Assembly (NCBI GenBank): GCA_963745605.1
Contig: CAVUYC010000027.1
Span: forward strand, 9,190-73,189
Source: an uncultured Chloroflexia bacterium
Lineage (GTDB): Bacteria > Chloroflexota > Dehalococcoidia > Dehalococcoidales > UBA2162
Length of the DNA stretch: 64,000 bases
Direction: 5' to 3'
The translations under genes and the position numbers were made by a program. How positions within the stretch are numbered: the stretch's first letter is position 1; the number at the start of each line of letters is the position of its first letter. Below the pieces are notes generated by a model. That model saw only the letters and a list, made by a program, of their open reading frames with translations. It was not told the origin of the DNA and ran no database searches. Of the stretch, positions 1 to 9,163 are shown piece after piece.

Positions 1-351
1 ATAGACCGGCTGACCGCATACTTTTCCAGCGATATCCCACAGCGCCAGGTCGATAGCGCTCCCCAATCCTTGCATCGAGTACTCTGTATGACGACTGGAG
101 ACAGCGGTGTAAATGGCCTTGGCCAGGCGTTCCCTGTTGAGTGGGTTTTCGCCTTTGAGGTGTGCCTCAAAGATATCCTCCATGAGTGTCTTGTAGCTCT
201 TCTGCATGCGGTAGTACACTCCCAGAGTAGCTGTCTCTCCCCAGCCGTAAACACCTTCGTCGGTATGCAGCTTGATGAAGAACCAGTAGTTGCCTCCATA
301 GCCTGGAGGAGGAACCTCCACGATGAAGGTCTCCATTTTGGTTAGTTTCAT
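1..351 (-). CDS. Enolase-superfamily enzyme (mandelate racemase/muconate lactonizing enzyme family), N-terminal part; the gene runs off the left edge
   Basis: Own translation of the minus strand from ATG at 349-351, with GGAGGGG just upstream: MKLTKMETFIVEVPPPGYGGNYWFFIKLHTDEGVYGWGE...SAIDLALWDIAGKVCGQPVY. This is the typical MR/MLE N-terminal domain signature. It is absent from the ORF track because the window edge truncates it. Confidence 0.75.
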   Translation of the reverse strand, partial: MKLTKMETFIVEVPPPGYGGNYWFFIKLHTDEGVYGWGETATLGVYYRMQKSYKTLMEDIFEAHLKGENPLNRERLAKAIYTAVSSRHTEYSMQGLGSAIDLALWDIAGKVCGQPVY

Positions 352-400
352 TTGAACCCCTCCCTCTTTCCCGCTCTGGCGCGCAGAAATTACGTCGCGT

Positions 401-430
401 ACTCTAGAATGTGGCGCTCATTTCTGTCAA
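401..430 (-). promoter_or_regulatory. Candidate sigma70-type promoter for the enolase-superfamily gene
   Basis: On the minus strand: TTGACA (425-430), an 18-nt spacer, then TAGAGT (401-406), about 45 nt upstream of the ATG at 351. Confidence 0.4.
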
Positions 431-776
431 CGCGCATTGCATCGGAATTCATCGGCAAGCGGTATTTCAATCTGCCGACTGTAGGTACGAGCAAATGTCG
501 ACAGGGGGAGACGGCCAGAACGAGCGGACCGGTGAAAGCCGGGAAGGGTCTGCGCAGAAACACCGACGCACTCAACGCGGCTTGCTAAAGCCCCGCAGGA
601 AAGACTATCCCCGCGGCTCTCCGGTTGCCAAACCTCGGTCTCAGGCCGCAGTGAGAGGTTCGATGCCCCGGCTCAATCGTTGATTTCGTTCCCCGGCGTC
701 AAGGCATGAGAGGTCGACCTGCTGCCTGACTGCCGAAAGGTCGGAGGTCCTCACATGCCTGTTAAGCGCGTAGTAA

Positions 777-795
777 GGATTCCCTGCGGGAATCC
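777..795 (-). terminator. Hairpin downstream of the GNAT gene (weak terminator candidate)
   Basis: GGATTCCC-TGC-GGGAATCC perfect 8-bp stem, 23 nt after the stop at 818. The T-tract is poor. Confidence 0.3.
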
Positions 796-817
796 AATTG
801 TCCTGACTGAGCGGAGT

Positions 818-1318
818 CTACGATTTGGAAGGTTTGTAGTAGATCACGGCATCCCACGGTTTGAATCCCAGATTTGCGTAGAATTCGGATAAGAACTGAT
901 CGTCCCGACGAACCAGCGTGTTGACCACGGCATCTCGGCTCTCACATTCCTTGCTGAATGTGTCGATCAATTGTCGGCCGATGCCTTTGTACTGCCCTTT
1001 GGGAGCAACACCTATGATCTCAATCCACCCTACCATTTGATGCCGAGTTGGGGGGACCATCTGCATATCTGCTCTTCTCAGTATGGAATTGGTCCCTTCC
1101 GTGGGCTTAATGTAGCCAGCCAGAAAACCGACAACCTCACCGTCCAGCTCAGCAACATACGCAAGTTCCGGACGATACACTGACCAGTAGGTCTCAAAGG
1201 AAAACGGCCACGTGGTGGCGCGTTTGGGGGCAATGAGAGCCTGGTCTATCTCGTTGACTTTCGCTAGATCGCTATCAACCATCTTGCGAATCTTGATGTT
1301 AAGTTCAGCATCAGCCAT
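818..1318 (-). CDS. GNAT family N-acetyltransferase
   Basis: 166-aa ORF. It has an acetyl-CoA binding motif A-like segment (IGVAPKGQYKGIGRQLID) and typical GNAT length and layout. Confidence 0.85.
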   Translation of the reverse strand: MADAELNIKIRKMVDSDLAKVNEIDQALIAPKRATTWPFSFETYWSVYRPELAYVAELDGEVVGFLAGYIKPTEGTNSILRRADMQMVPPTRHQMVGWIEIIGVAPKGQYKGIGRQLIDTFSKECESRDAVVNTLVRRDDQFLSEFYANLGFKPWDAVIYYKPSKS

Positions 1319-1600
1319 GTCTTTCCTCCTTCTAGATCGCTTGCCTAAGCTGCGGCCAATGTTACTACCTGCTTGTGTGGCGTTTCATCGTACTAATTGC
1401 CGTGTGCGTTTGAGGCCTCATTCGTTTGAGCCTCTGCCCATCTCTCAGGCTCTGCAACTCTTGTCTTAATACGCGAAGCATCGCCGAAACGAATCCCATC
1501 ATTGTCGCAGCGACACAACCTCAATGAAGGCCAGCGGCTCAAAAAGCAGTTGACGTTCCCAGAAGACGCCAACGATGCCATTGGGCAAAACCGGGAGGAG

Positions 1601-1786
1601 TCAGACCTTCTTCGACGCGTGAGTCAGGATGGTGACTCCCGCGCCGATGCATGCCATGGCAATTAGCAGGCCCACCAGCCACATTGTTTTCGGGCCGTGC
1701 AGCAGGGCCAGAGCGATAGACAGAATCAGAACGTTGCCGCCGAAGACTGCCAGCAGCCATCCCAAAACAAGTCTGAACCTGGGCAT
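1601..1786 (-). CDS. Small hydrophobic (2-TM) protein, hypothetical
   Basis: 61-aa ORF made of two hydrophobic helices (LVLGWLLAVFGGNVLILSIALALL / WLVGLLIAMACIGAGVTIL). RBS is weak. Confidence 0.3.
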   Translation of the reverse strand: MPRFRLVLGWLLAVFGGNVLILSIALALLHGPKTMWLVGLLIAMACIGAGVTILTHASKKV

Positions 1787-1965
1787 ACCCTTAGTCTACT
1801 GGATTCGACCGGTATCACGCGCCTGGACTTGCCATGCCAATCCTGGTGCCGCTCTTGATGGCTACATCCGCACGTGCATCAGATTTTACGCAGAATTTAC
1901 ACCAGCGACGTTGCTTTGGGGCAGAGGACGCCTACAATTAGAGATATACAAAGGAGGCAAACGAG

Positions 1966-2388
1966 ATGAAGAAGAGTTTAATTGCTGTTGGGGCCGCACT
2001 GGCCCTGGTCATCGTCCTCGCCATCGCTGTTCCAGCTTTTGCGGCAACTCAACAGCCCGTAGCGTCCAGCCAGACCGCTCAGCAGACTTTCAGGCCCCGG
2101 GCCCTCTGGAACCTGCTTCTCATCCAGAACGAGGCCAGGGTCGACGCCCTTATCGCCAAGGCCCAGGAATCAGGCAAGATCACTGCTGATCAGGCCGTGA
2201 AGATAAAGGCATTCTGGACCGAGCACCACAAGCAATTCGGCAAAAACGTCGTCCTCACCCGCATCATCTGGGCCAACGACGGCTCTAAAGTCCAGGCATT
2301 CCTCGACAAGGCTGTTGCCAACGGCAAGATGACCCAGGCCCAGGAGACCAAACTCCTGGAATTCTGGAACGCCGTGCACTCGAAATAA
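1966..2388 (+). CDS. Secreted protein with an internal duplicated helical motif, hypothetical
   Basis: AGGAGG-like RBS (caaaggaggcaaacgag-ATG). Signal peptide MKKSLIAVGAALALVIVLAIAVPAFA. Two related segments: GKITADQAVKIKAFWTEHHK and GKMTQAQETKLLEFWNAVHSK. Confidence 0.7.
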   Translation: MKKSLIAVGAALALVIVLAIAVPAFAATQQPVASSQTAQQTFRPRALWNLLLIQNEARVDALIAKAQESGKITADQAVKIKAFWTEHHKQFGKNVVLTRIIWANDGSKVQAFLDKAVANGKMTQAQETKLLEFWNAVHSK

Positions 2389-2414
2389 GTTCTTTCTAGA
2401 TACAAGGAAAACAA

Positions 2415-2451
2415 AGAGGGACTGGATGGCCAGCCATCCAGTCCCTCTTTT
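2415..2451 (+). terminator. Rho-independent terminator after 1966..2388
   Basis: AGAGGGACTGGATGG-CCAG-CCATCCAGTCCCTCT followed by TTTT. Confidence 0.75.
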
Positions 2452-2737
2452 CATGGTCCAAGTCGCCCTTCGGACCACTCCCCCTCGCAGTCTACCCATA
2501 CTTGATACTGGGATGGACTCGGGTGAACCATTCTGTTCCGGTCTGTTTATGTTGGGGCGTCTAGCAATTACGCTCTCGTTCATCGCCGCCGCATCCACGC
2601 GCTCAGAGTCGAGATATCCAGCCAGTGGGCACCCGAACGACCACGGAGAATCAGCTATCCAGAGTTGGGGGACGGGGAATGGAGAATACTTCCAGCCTCT
2701 TTCCTGCCCCTCCAAGGGGTAGGAGAGACGTGTGTCG

Positions 2738-3589
2738 CTACCTGGTTCGCCAGAACAACAGCCTCCGGAGAATGTCCTTGATCCAGTCTAAGAACGAGCC
2801 CTTGAGCCGCACTTTGAGGTATAGATCTCCGGCCTCGCCCCCACCCTTCCCGGCGCCACCCATCCCCTTCAACCTTATCGTTTGACCTGCCTTCGTATTT
2901 TGAGGAATCCTCACCATCAGGTCCTTGGATTTGCCCCATTTCTTGTAGGCGTATTCGATCTCCCCTCCGTATCGGGCCACGTCCGGGCTGATCAGGACCT
3001 TGTCCGTCCAGTCTCTACCTCGGTCCGGCAATTCCACACCGGTCGTCTTCTTTACCAGCAACCGCAGCAGCTTCTCGGTAAGCGTCTTGGGCCCGGCCGA
3101 GTAAGCTGCTGGCGAGGGCGTCCCGGACACATACCCTGGCTGCCCCTCTTGCCTCATTCCGCCGGCCCTGTAGATAAAGGCCCTCCCTGACATCCCCGGA
3201 CCGCGGATCACAAACGTCTGAAAATCGGACCCGTAGGCATCACGAAATACTTCCTCGAACCCTCTGAATCCGAATTGCCTTGAAAACTCCGCAAACACTT
3301 GATCGATGTCGGAGCCTCTGAAGATGTCACCTTGCGAGTGCGTTTGCCTGTATTGCTCCGGAGCCCCCGCCCCATAGTGCTGTCTGGCAAAGTCGTATTC
3401 TGTCCTCTTTGCAGGGTCCGAAAGTACCGCGTACGCCTCATTCAGCTCCATCATTTTCTCTGTGGCGGCGGGATCGTTCTTGTTTCGGTCGGGATGGTAC
3501 TTCAACGCCAGAGCACGATACGCCGCCTTAACCTGGTCTTGACCGGCGGCCTCGTCTACCCCAAGCACGCTGTAGTAGTCTTTACTCAC
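2738..3589 (-). CDS. J-domain co-chaperone (DnaJ/CbpA-like, no zinc-finger domain)
   Basis: N-terminal J domain: DYYSVLGVDEAAGQDQVKAAYRALALKYHPDRNK...LNEAYAVLSDPAKRTEYD. C-terminal DnaJ-CTD-like segment: IRLKGMGGAGKGGGEAGDLYLKVRL. Confidence 0.85.
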   Translation of the reverse strand: MSKDYYSVLGVDEAAGQDQVKAAYRALALKYHPDRNKNDPAATEKMMELNEAYAVLSDPAKRTEYDFARQHYGAGAPEQYRQTHSQGDIFRGSDIDQVFAEFSRQFGFRGFEEVFRDAYGSDFQTFVIRGPGMSGRAFIYRAGGMRQEGQPGYVSGTPSPAAYSAGPKTLTEKLLRLLVKKTTGVELPDRGRDWTDKVLISPDVARYGGEIEYAYKKWGKSKDLMVRIPQNTKAGQTIRLKGMGGAGKGGGEAGDLYLKVRLKGSFLDWIKDILRRLLFWRTR

Positions 3590-3635
3590 TCCGTCACCAT
3601 TTTAGAGCGCTCTATCTGAGTTGGGCCTTCTCTCA

Positions 3636-4481
3636 TTATGAACGATCGGGAGATCTTTGAACTTTTCCGTCCCGCTCAATGAAAAGCTTCGGGTTCCTCT
3701 GTACCGTTTGCAGGACCTGCTTCGTAGTAATTTGTTTATCGAATTGATGGGCCAGAGTTTCGACTATCTGAAGCGGAGTCATTCCTTCTGCATTCTGGTA
3801 GACCACGGTTACCATCATTTCCTTCAAGTCCATCCCGCTACTGCCTCTCTCCGGCGGACTGTCCGATGGCCTGCTTACTCTGCCATCCCGTTCGGTAAAG
3901 AGGTTGGGATTCCTTTTTACCGTTTGCAGAATCTGCCTGGTCGTGGTTTGTTTGCCGAATTTGTTAGCCAGCGCTTCGGCTATCTCAACCGGAACCATTC
4001 CTTCGACAGTCTGGTAGACAACTGATACCACCATTTCCTTCAAATCCATGACGGTGTTGCTTGTCTCCGGCGTAGTGTCAGATGGCTTGCTTACCCTGCC
4101 ATCCCTTTCGACGAAGAGATTGGGATTCCTTTGTACCGTTTGCAGGATCTGTTTCGTCGTTGTTTCTTTGCCAAATTTGTGAGCCAGCTCTTCGGCAATC
4201 TCAAGCGGACCCAGCCCTTCTTCGCTCTGGTAGACAACTGATACCACCATGTCTTTCAGGTCCATTTTCTGGGTGCGTGTCTCCAGCGAACCGTCAGACG
4301 GCCTCACTATCCTCCCGTCCGCGTCGACAAACAGGTTCGGATTCCTTTGTACCGTTTGCAGGACCTGCTTCGTGGTGATTCGCCTGCCAAATTGATCCGC
4401 CAACGCTTCGACTATCTGAAGCGGGGCCATTCCTTCTGCATTCTGGTAGATAACCGACACCATCATTTCTTTCAAGTCCAT
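3636..4481 (-). CDS. Protein made entirely of four tandem ~72-aa repeats (winged-helix / HARE-HTH-like by eye)
   Basis: 281 aa = 72+72+72+65. Each unit reads MDLK(E/D)M(M/V)V(S/T)V(I/V)YQ..EG..P..I.E.LA..F.....TT(K/R)Q(V/I)LQTV(Q/K)RNP(N/K)LF...DG(R/K)(I/V)..(P/S).D. The gene lies 46 bp upstream of the J-protein gene and is co-oriented with it. Confidence 0.8.
   Translation of the reverse strand: MDLKEMMVSVIYQNAEGMAPLQIVEALADQFGRRITTKQVLQTVQRNPNLFVDADGRIVRPSDGSLETRTQKMDLKDMVVSVVYQSEEGLGPLEIAEELAHKFGKETTTKQILQTVQRNPNLFVERDGRVSKPSDTTPETSNTVMDLKEMVVSVVYQTVEGMVPVEIAEALANKFGKQTTTRQILQTVKRNPNLFTERDGRVSRPSDSPPERGSSGMDLKEMMVTVVYQNAEGMTPLQIVETLAHQFDKQITTKQVLQTVQRNPKLFIERDGKVQRSPDRS
3636..4481 (-). 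repeat. Coding tandem repeat, period 216 bp, 4 copies (4266-4481, 4050-4265, 3834-4049, 3636-3833)
   Basis: Read directly from the sequence. The outer copies (1 and 4) share long identical stretches, e.g. CTACCAGAATGCAGAAGGAATG and ACGAAGCAGGTCCTGCAAACGGTACA. Confidence 0.85.
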
Positions 4482-4608
4482 GATCGTCCTCCCTAAGGTT
4501 GGTCAGTATCTTCGGCTCGTGTCAACGCTTCCTGGTTCTTCTCCAGTGCAAGAGCTGCGAAAAGTGGCTGGGTCATCGTGACTGAAAACAGCGCTACCTC
4601 GGCGACGG

Positions 4609-5241
4609 CTAGACACTCTGGGTCAGGCGTTTGCCCATCTCGTAGGCACGTTGACAGTCCTGAGGGAATACTTCCTGATGTCGGCGCTTTTTTGCCTCGA
4701 CGTCGAACATGTCAGCAGCATACTTCGAGTAGTCATCAAACTGCCACGTGTCCGAGGCGGTTACATACTCGCTCTCACCGATGATCCTTGACGATGTTTG
4801 CACCATGCCGTTGTAGTAGTCGGCGTAGAACTCCGCCGGTGCGTTTGTGGTGAAGACCATGCCAACTCTGATGCGTTTGGGATAGAGAAGCTTCCTTTCC
4901 TTGGTGTAAGTTATCGTAGGGAACCAGAAGCGCTCAAGAAACGAACGAAGCTCGCCCGAAACATCGTTGAAGTAAATCGGAGTTGCCAGAAGGAGCACAT
5001 CGCTGTCGACCGCCTTCCCGAGAATCGGTGTCAGATCGTCCCTCTGGGCACACCGCCCGAAACTCTTCCCTCCGAGTAGTTTGCAGGATTCGCATCCCCT
5101 GCAGCCCTTGTAGTTCAACTCGTAGAGGTGGATCAATTCCGTCTCAGCACCGGCATCCCCGGCGCCTTTCACGGCATGTTTCAACATTGTCGCCGAATTT
5201 CCACTCTTTCTGGGACTTCCGTTTATCGCCAGCACTCGCAT
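4609..5241 (-). CDS. Flavodoxin-like fold Fe-S flavoprotein / NADPH-dependent FMN reductase family
   Basis: MRVLAINGSPRKSGNS..., CRGCESC motif. I prefer the ATG at 5241 (GGAG 9 nt upstream) over the TTG at 5280 used by the ORF track. Confidence 0.8.
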   Translation of the reverse strand: MRVLAINGSPRKSGNSATMLKHAVKGAGDAGAETELIHLYELNYKGCRGCESCKLLGGKSFGRCAQRDDLTPILGKAVDSDVLLLATPIYFNDVSGELRSFLERFWFPTITYTKERKLLYPKRIRVGMVFTTNAPAEFYADYYNGMVQTSSRIIGESEYVTASDTWQFDDYSKYAADMFDVEAKKRRHQEVFPQDCQRAYEMGKRLTQSV

Positions 5242-5393
5242 TCCGTTGACTCCAAGTACATACTTGATTACCTTCCGCAACCCATGATACCAGCAACGCC
5301 CGGCAACCGCTTCTCACCGTTCTCCCAGGGACAGGTCCTCAGACGCCGGCCAGAGAGGCAACACCGCTTGACATTCGGACTGCCATCGCCGCA

Positions 5394-6605
5394 TCAGATC
5401 GCGGCTGCGCTTCTCGACTTCAGCTTCTCGTGTTCATGGGCGATGAGATAGCGGAGCGCTCCAAGAATCAGAATGTCCAGAAGCAGTCCAATCAGCGCCA
5501 GGAACTGTTGCTGGTAAAACGCGAACACCTGGGTGAAGAATATCGAGACCAGAGTGGCCAGACGGAACAGGAGGTACGCGTGCAGCCTCGACCTGGGCAG
5601 GGTCAACATGCCGGCGACTATGACGATGCCAGTCGCGCCGGGAAAGATAAATTGAGCGTATTCGGCGACTGAGAGGGGCGTCTTCTGCAGGTTGCCCAGA
5701 ACACCCCAGCCTATCGCCAGCGCAGCCAGGACGATCCCCACCGACAGAGCGATATTCAGATTTCGCACTCTGCTCCTGAATGATGAGGCCAGAACCGCCA
5801 GGATGGCAACGCCCACTCCGATCCCAAGGCCCACGCCCAGAGTCCAGTCCACAACTCCGATCAGTGCGTACAGGGAAGTCACCGCCGTGAACGCAAAAAA
5901 AGCGACCACGATTCCGCTGAACCAGGCCTTCGAGGCGACCGTAGCGTAAACCCTGTCCAGGGCGCGGTGTCCTTCCTCGACTATCCTCAGCCTCGTTGAC
6001 CGCCCCACGCTCACCGCACGCAAGATAGATTCAACAGCCTCTTTGACCGGGCCTGACGGGCTGTTCCCAAGCAGTTCCAGTGCCTCTTGCTGCTGGTCCG
6101 AATGCAGACCTGACAGGCTTCCCTGCATCGCTATTTCAAATGCGTTCGCTAGGCTCTGTTGTTGCGTCAATGCCCTGTCTCTGCCTATCGTTCTAATCAC
6201 CAGGAAGATAACCACGAAGACCACGTATATGATGGCGACAGCCGGCCTGAAGAAATAGTCGTTGTCGCTGGTGACAAATTTCCCCAGTTCGTCTATGAAA
6301 GCCCCAAAACCAACTCCTCCCAGTACAGCTGCCACCACTCGGCTCCGCTGGTTGAGCGAGGACAGAAGGACTACCAGCGCAACGAGCATGAACAGACCGC
6401 CCCAGACAAGGTGGGCGATGTGGATGTGGCCGACCGTCAATTGTGGGTAGCCTGTGACGGCAAGATAAAGCCTGATGGCGAGCACTGCTGCCACTGCCGC
6501 CACGAAGAAATCTTCCAGCAATGAATCGGCATAGAAGCTCCTGACGAACAGAGGCTTGTTCGCAAAGATACCTCTGAGCCAGGGCAGCACCCGATTCTGT
6601 CTCAT
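5394..6605 (-). CDS. Polytopic integral membrane protein, hypothetical
   Basis: 403-aa ORF with many long hydrophobic segments and a central soluble loop. No family recognised. Confidence 0.65.
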   Translation of the reverse strand: MRQNRVLPWLRGIFANKPLFVRSFYADSLLEDFFVAAVAAVLAIRLYLAVTGYPQLTVGHIHIAHLVWGGLFMLVALVVLLSSLNQRSRVVAAVLGGVGFGAFIDELGKFVTSDNDYFFRPAVAIIYVVFVVIFLVIRTIGRDRALTQQQSLANAFEIAMQGSLSGLHSDQQQEALELLGNSPSGPVKEAVESILRAVSVGRSTRLRIVEEGHRALDRVYATVASKAWFSGIVVAFFAFTAVTSLYALIGVVDWTLGVGLGIGVGVAILAVLASSFRSRVRNLNIALSVGIVLAALAIGWGVLGNLQKTPLSVAEYAQFIFPGATGIVIVAGMLTLPRSRLHAYLLFRLATLVSIFFTQVFAFYQQQFLALIGLLLDILILGALRYLIAHEHEKLKSRSAAAI

Positions 6606-6665
6606 GCTGGTTGCCTGATTCGGAAGCCATTCTCCCAGACAGTTCGCATTGCAGGGCGTCCCTCC

Positions 6666-7271
6666 CTACTTCCTGTTCGTCCCATACGCCCCGTGTCTTT
6701 CGATGAACTCCTCAGGGTACTTGAATCCCATATTGGCCAGTGCCACCATCTGTTGGCCCAGGCGGTGCGCCGCGCTCATGCACTGAGGCATGCTCTGGAG
6801 TTCGCCTGGGTTTGTTACGTACGCGGCGACCTGGTTTGCCGGAAGCATCCGCCTCTGCACGAAGAAGTAGCTATAGTCCTTCAGGGCGTCCACCAGTCCG
6901 AGACTGCCGCAGACCACCACCACCCCCGCCACCTTGTTCGTCAGGTTCCTCCCGGGCTGATTCAGGGCGATAGTGCGGTCCATGATCGTCTTCGCCTGAC
7001 CGGTCATCCCCCAGAAGTATATCGGCGTGCCGAAGATGATGCCATCGGCCGCTACCATCTTATCCGATAGTTCCAGCATATCGTCAGCGACGTGGCACGT
7101 CGCTGTGCTGGCGCAGGACCTGCACCCGTCGCACGGCTGGATCGTCTTCCCTGCCACGCTGTACAATTCCACTTCCGCCTTCGCTTCCTGAGCCCCCCGA
7201 AGCGCCTCCTCCATGATCGCCACCGTGTTTCCATGAAGGCGCGGGCTGCAAGATATTGCCAATATCTTCAT
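6666..7271 (-). CDS. Flavodoxin-like fold Fe-S flavoprotein / NADPH-dependent FMN reductase family
   Basis: MKILAISCSPRLHGNT..., CDGCRSC motif. ATG at 7271 is preceded by GAAGGAGAAAAG. Confidence 0.85.
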   Translation of the reverse strand: MKILAISCSPRLHGNTVAIMEEALRGAQEAKAEVELYSVAGKTIQPCDGCRSCASTATCHVADDMLELSDKMVAADGIIFGTPIYFWGMTGQAKTIMDRTIALNQPGRNLTNKVAGVVVVCGSLGLVDALKDYSYFFVQRRMLPANQVAAYVTNPGELQSMPQCMSAAHRLGQQMVALANMGFKYPEEFIERHGAYGTNRK

Positions 7272-7727
7272 CTTTTCTCCTTCACCCAATTGTCTGCCCT
7301 ATTAAAGCACAGAGTCTGCCGGCAGGGCGTGACCCGTCCAACAATGAAAATCGAGTGCGCGGCGTAGGGGCAGACCACCGTGTCTGCCCCGCAATTTAGC
7401 CCCCGAGCCATATTCCCTCCTCATGTCGATGTTGGTTTTGGCTAAGGCGCCAGGATTTGGGGGTGGTGCAGAGCATGGCTTTCAGCTTCCCTCTCGTCCC
7501 TTCAACGGAACAACAAGGAGGGGAGAGAGACAGGGTAATCCTTCGTGCGGCAGCCCGATTCTGGCCGCCGCCCTACGCGAGCATTGGTCCCGTATCTGTC
7601 GTAATCGGGTTTCGTGTTTTGGGTGTTGCCCAGCACTCTCTAGACTGCTCCGTCGACAGGCAGGCGGATGATGGGCGGCTACTCCGGAATGATGGGGACA
7701 TGGCAGGTGCGTCAAGACTCGGTTATC

Positions 7728-7761
7728 AAAGAGGTGGGTGGTTGGAAACGCCCACCTCTTT
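7728..7761 (-). terminator. Hairpin downstream of the M42 peptidase gene (terminator candidate)
   Basis: AAAGAGGTGGG-12 nt-CCCACCTCTTT. On the minus strand the stem ends in TTT followed by GATAA. Confidence 0.35.
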
Positions 7762-7956
7762 CCGCTGCCCAAGTCGGAGCCCAAATAGCGGAGGAGGTTT
7801 GCACAACAAGAAGTCTTGGTGATTTTCCTGGCCTTCAGCACAACCCATTAGCTTTGAACCTTTCAATCTCGACGATAAAAGCCCGATCGTGGTCCACGTT
7901 TGCTATTCCCGTGGCGAAGGCTTCAATAGAGCTTGAACTGAGTAACCGTGCCTCTA

Positions 7957-9018
7957 CTAGCTCGGTCTCCAGTCAATCTCAGAAGTAACGCGCTCGCAAA
8001 ATCCCGCTATCAGGACGGCGGCATTCTCGATATCGTCAAGGTTCATTATCTCGTTGGGAGTATGCATATACCTGAGCGGGACCGACACCAGACCCGTGGC
8101 AACGCCAGCCCGGCTGAGCTGAAGAGCGTTTGCATCCGTGCCCGTTCCACCGGGAGCCGCTTGGACCTGATAGGGAACCTTGAGCTCTTTCGCCGTCTTC
8201 ACCAGAAGATCAAACACGACTGGGTTGATGTTCGCCCCTCGTGTGATCTGGGGACCTCTGCCCAATCTCATGTCCCCCTGCTTCTTCTTGTCCCCACCCG
8301 GATAGTCCGTCGAATGCCCCACGTCTGTAGCTATCCCGATCAGAGGGTCGACGCCAAAAGCGCTTGTGTGCCCGCCCCGAATGCCTATCTCTTCCTGAAC
8401 AGTGGAAACGCCAACAACCGCCGCCTTCAACTGGCGGGTAGAGAGCAACCGCAGCGTTTCTGCCACAACAAACACACCCATCTTGTCGTCGAAGCTCCGC
8501 GCTACGCACAGGTTCCCGCGCAGGCGCTCCAGTTCATGGTCGTATGTCACAGAATCGCCTATTGCAACGATGGACTCGGCCTCCGCCCTGTCCTTCACCC
8601 CGATGTCGATCCAGAGGTCGTCGAGCTTTGGCATCTTGCTTCTCTCGTCCGCATCAAGCAGGTGGATCGCTTTGCGGCCCAGGACTCCGAGCACGGGCCC
8701 GCCCGTCGTGTGCACTGCAACCCGCTGTCCCACCGTGACAACGACATCGTGTCCGCCAATGGACCCGAAAAACAGCATCCCGTCTTCGTCGATGTAGCGG
8801 ATCTGGAAACCGATCTCGTCGGCATGCCCCGCGAGCATGATGCGGGGCGACCCGCTCGGGTTTACCGTCGCGAACACGTTCCCCAGCAGGTCCGTTCGCA
8901 CGTCGCTTGCGAATCCAGATACACGGTCTCGGAACACCCGCTGCACTCGCTGTTCATATCCCGAAGGGCTCGGAGTGTCGACAAGACGCTTGAGAAAGTC
9001 AAAGGAATCCTGTTGCAT
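7957..9018 (-). CDS. M42 family metallopeptidase (glutamyl aminopeptidase / FrvX-like)
   Basis: 353 aa. FDFLKRLVDTPSPSGYE..., MLAGHADEIGF, SFDDKMG, GTGTDA motifs typical of M42. Confidence 0.9.
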   Translation of the reverse strand: MQQDSFDFLKRLVDTPSPSGYEQRVQRVFRDRVSGFASDVRTDLLGNVFATVNPSGSPRIMLAGHADEIGFQIRYIDEDGMLFFGSIGGHDVVVTVGQRVAVHTTGGPVLGVLGRKAIHLLDADERSKMPKLDDLWIDIGVKDRAEAESIVAIGDSVTYDHELERLRGNLCVARSFDDKMGVFVVAETLRLLSTRQLKAAVVGVSTVQEEIGIRGGHTSAFGVDPLIGIATDVGHSTDYPGGDKKKQGDMRLGRGPQITRGANINPVVFDLLVKTAKELKVPYQVQAAPGGTGTDANALQLSRAGVATGLVSVPLRYMHTPNEIMNLDDIENAAVLIAGFCERVTSEIDWRPS

Positions 9019-9163
9019 TGTGCCTCCATTCGTGCCCCAAATAGCACTCTGAATCTTTGCATGGGCCTAGACTGGCCGTCAACACCTGGGGCATGCGCCC
9101 TTGTTGCGATCCAAGGGCGTACCACCGGAGTCGCGATTTCGCAGCACACTTGGACAATAGCGG

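Noticed and set aside
352-817. Riboswitch (B12/TPP) or tRNA-like element suggested by GGTGAAAGCCGGGAAGGG and GGTTCGATGCC strings
   Set aside because: The flanking sequence does not complete the conserved cores of those RNAs (no B12 box, no paired T-arm). The candidate promoter leaves only a ~45-nt leader for the downstream gene.
3636-4481. The 216-bp periodic repeat as a possible CRISPR array or satellite
   Set aside because: The period is too long, there are no unique spacers, and the whole array is a single open reading frame with protein-level conservation.
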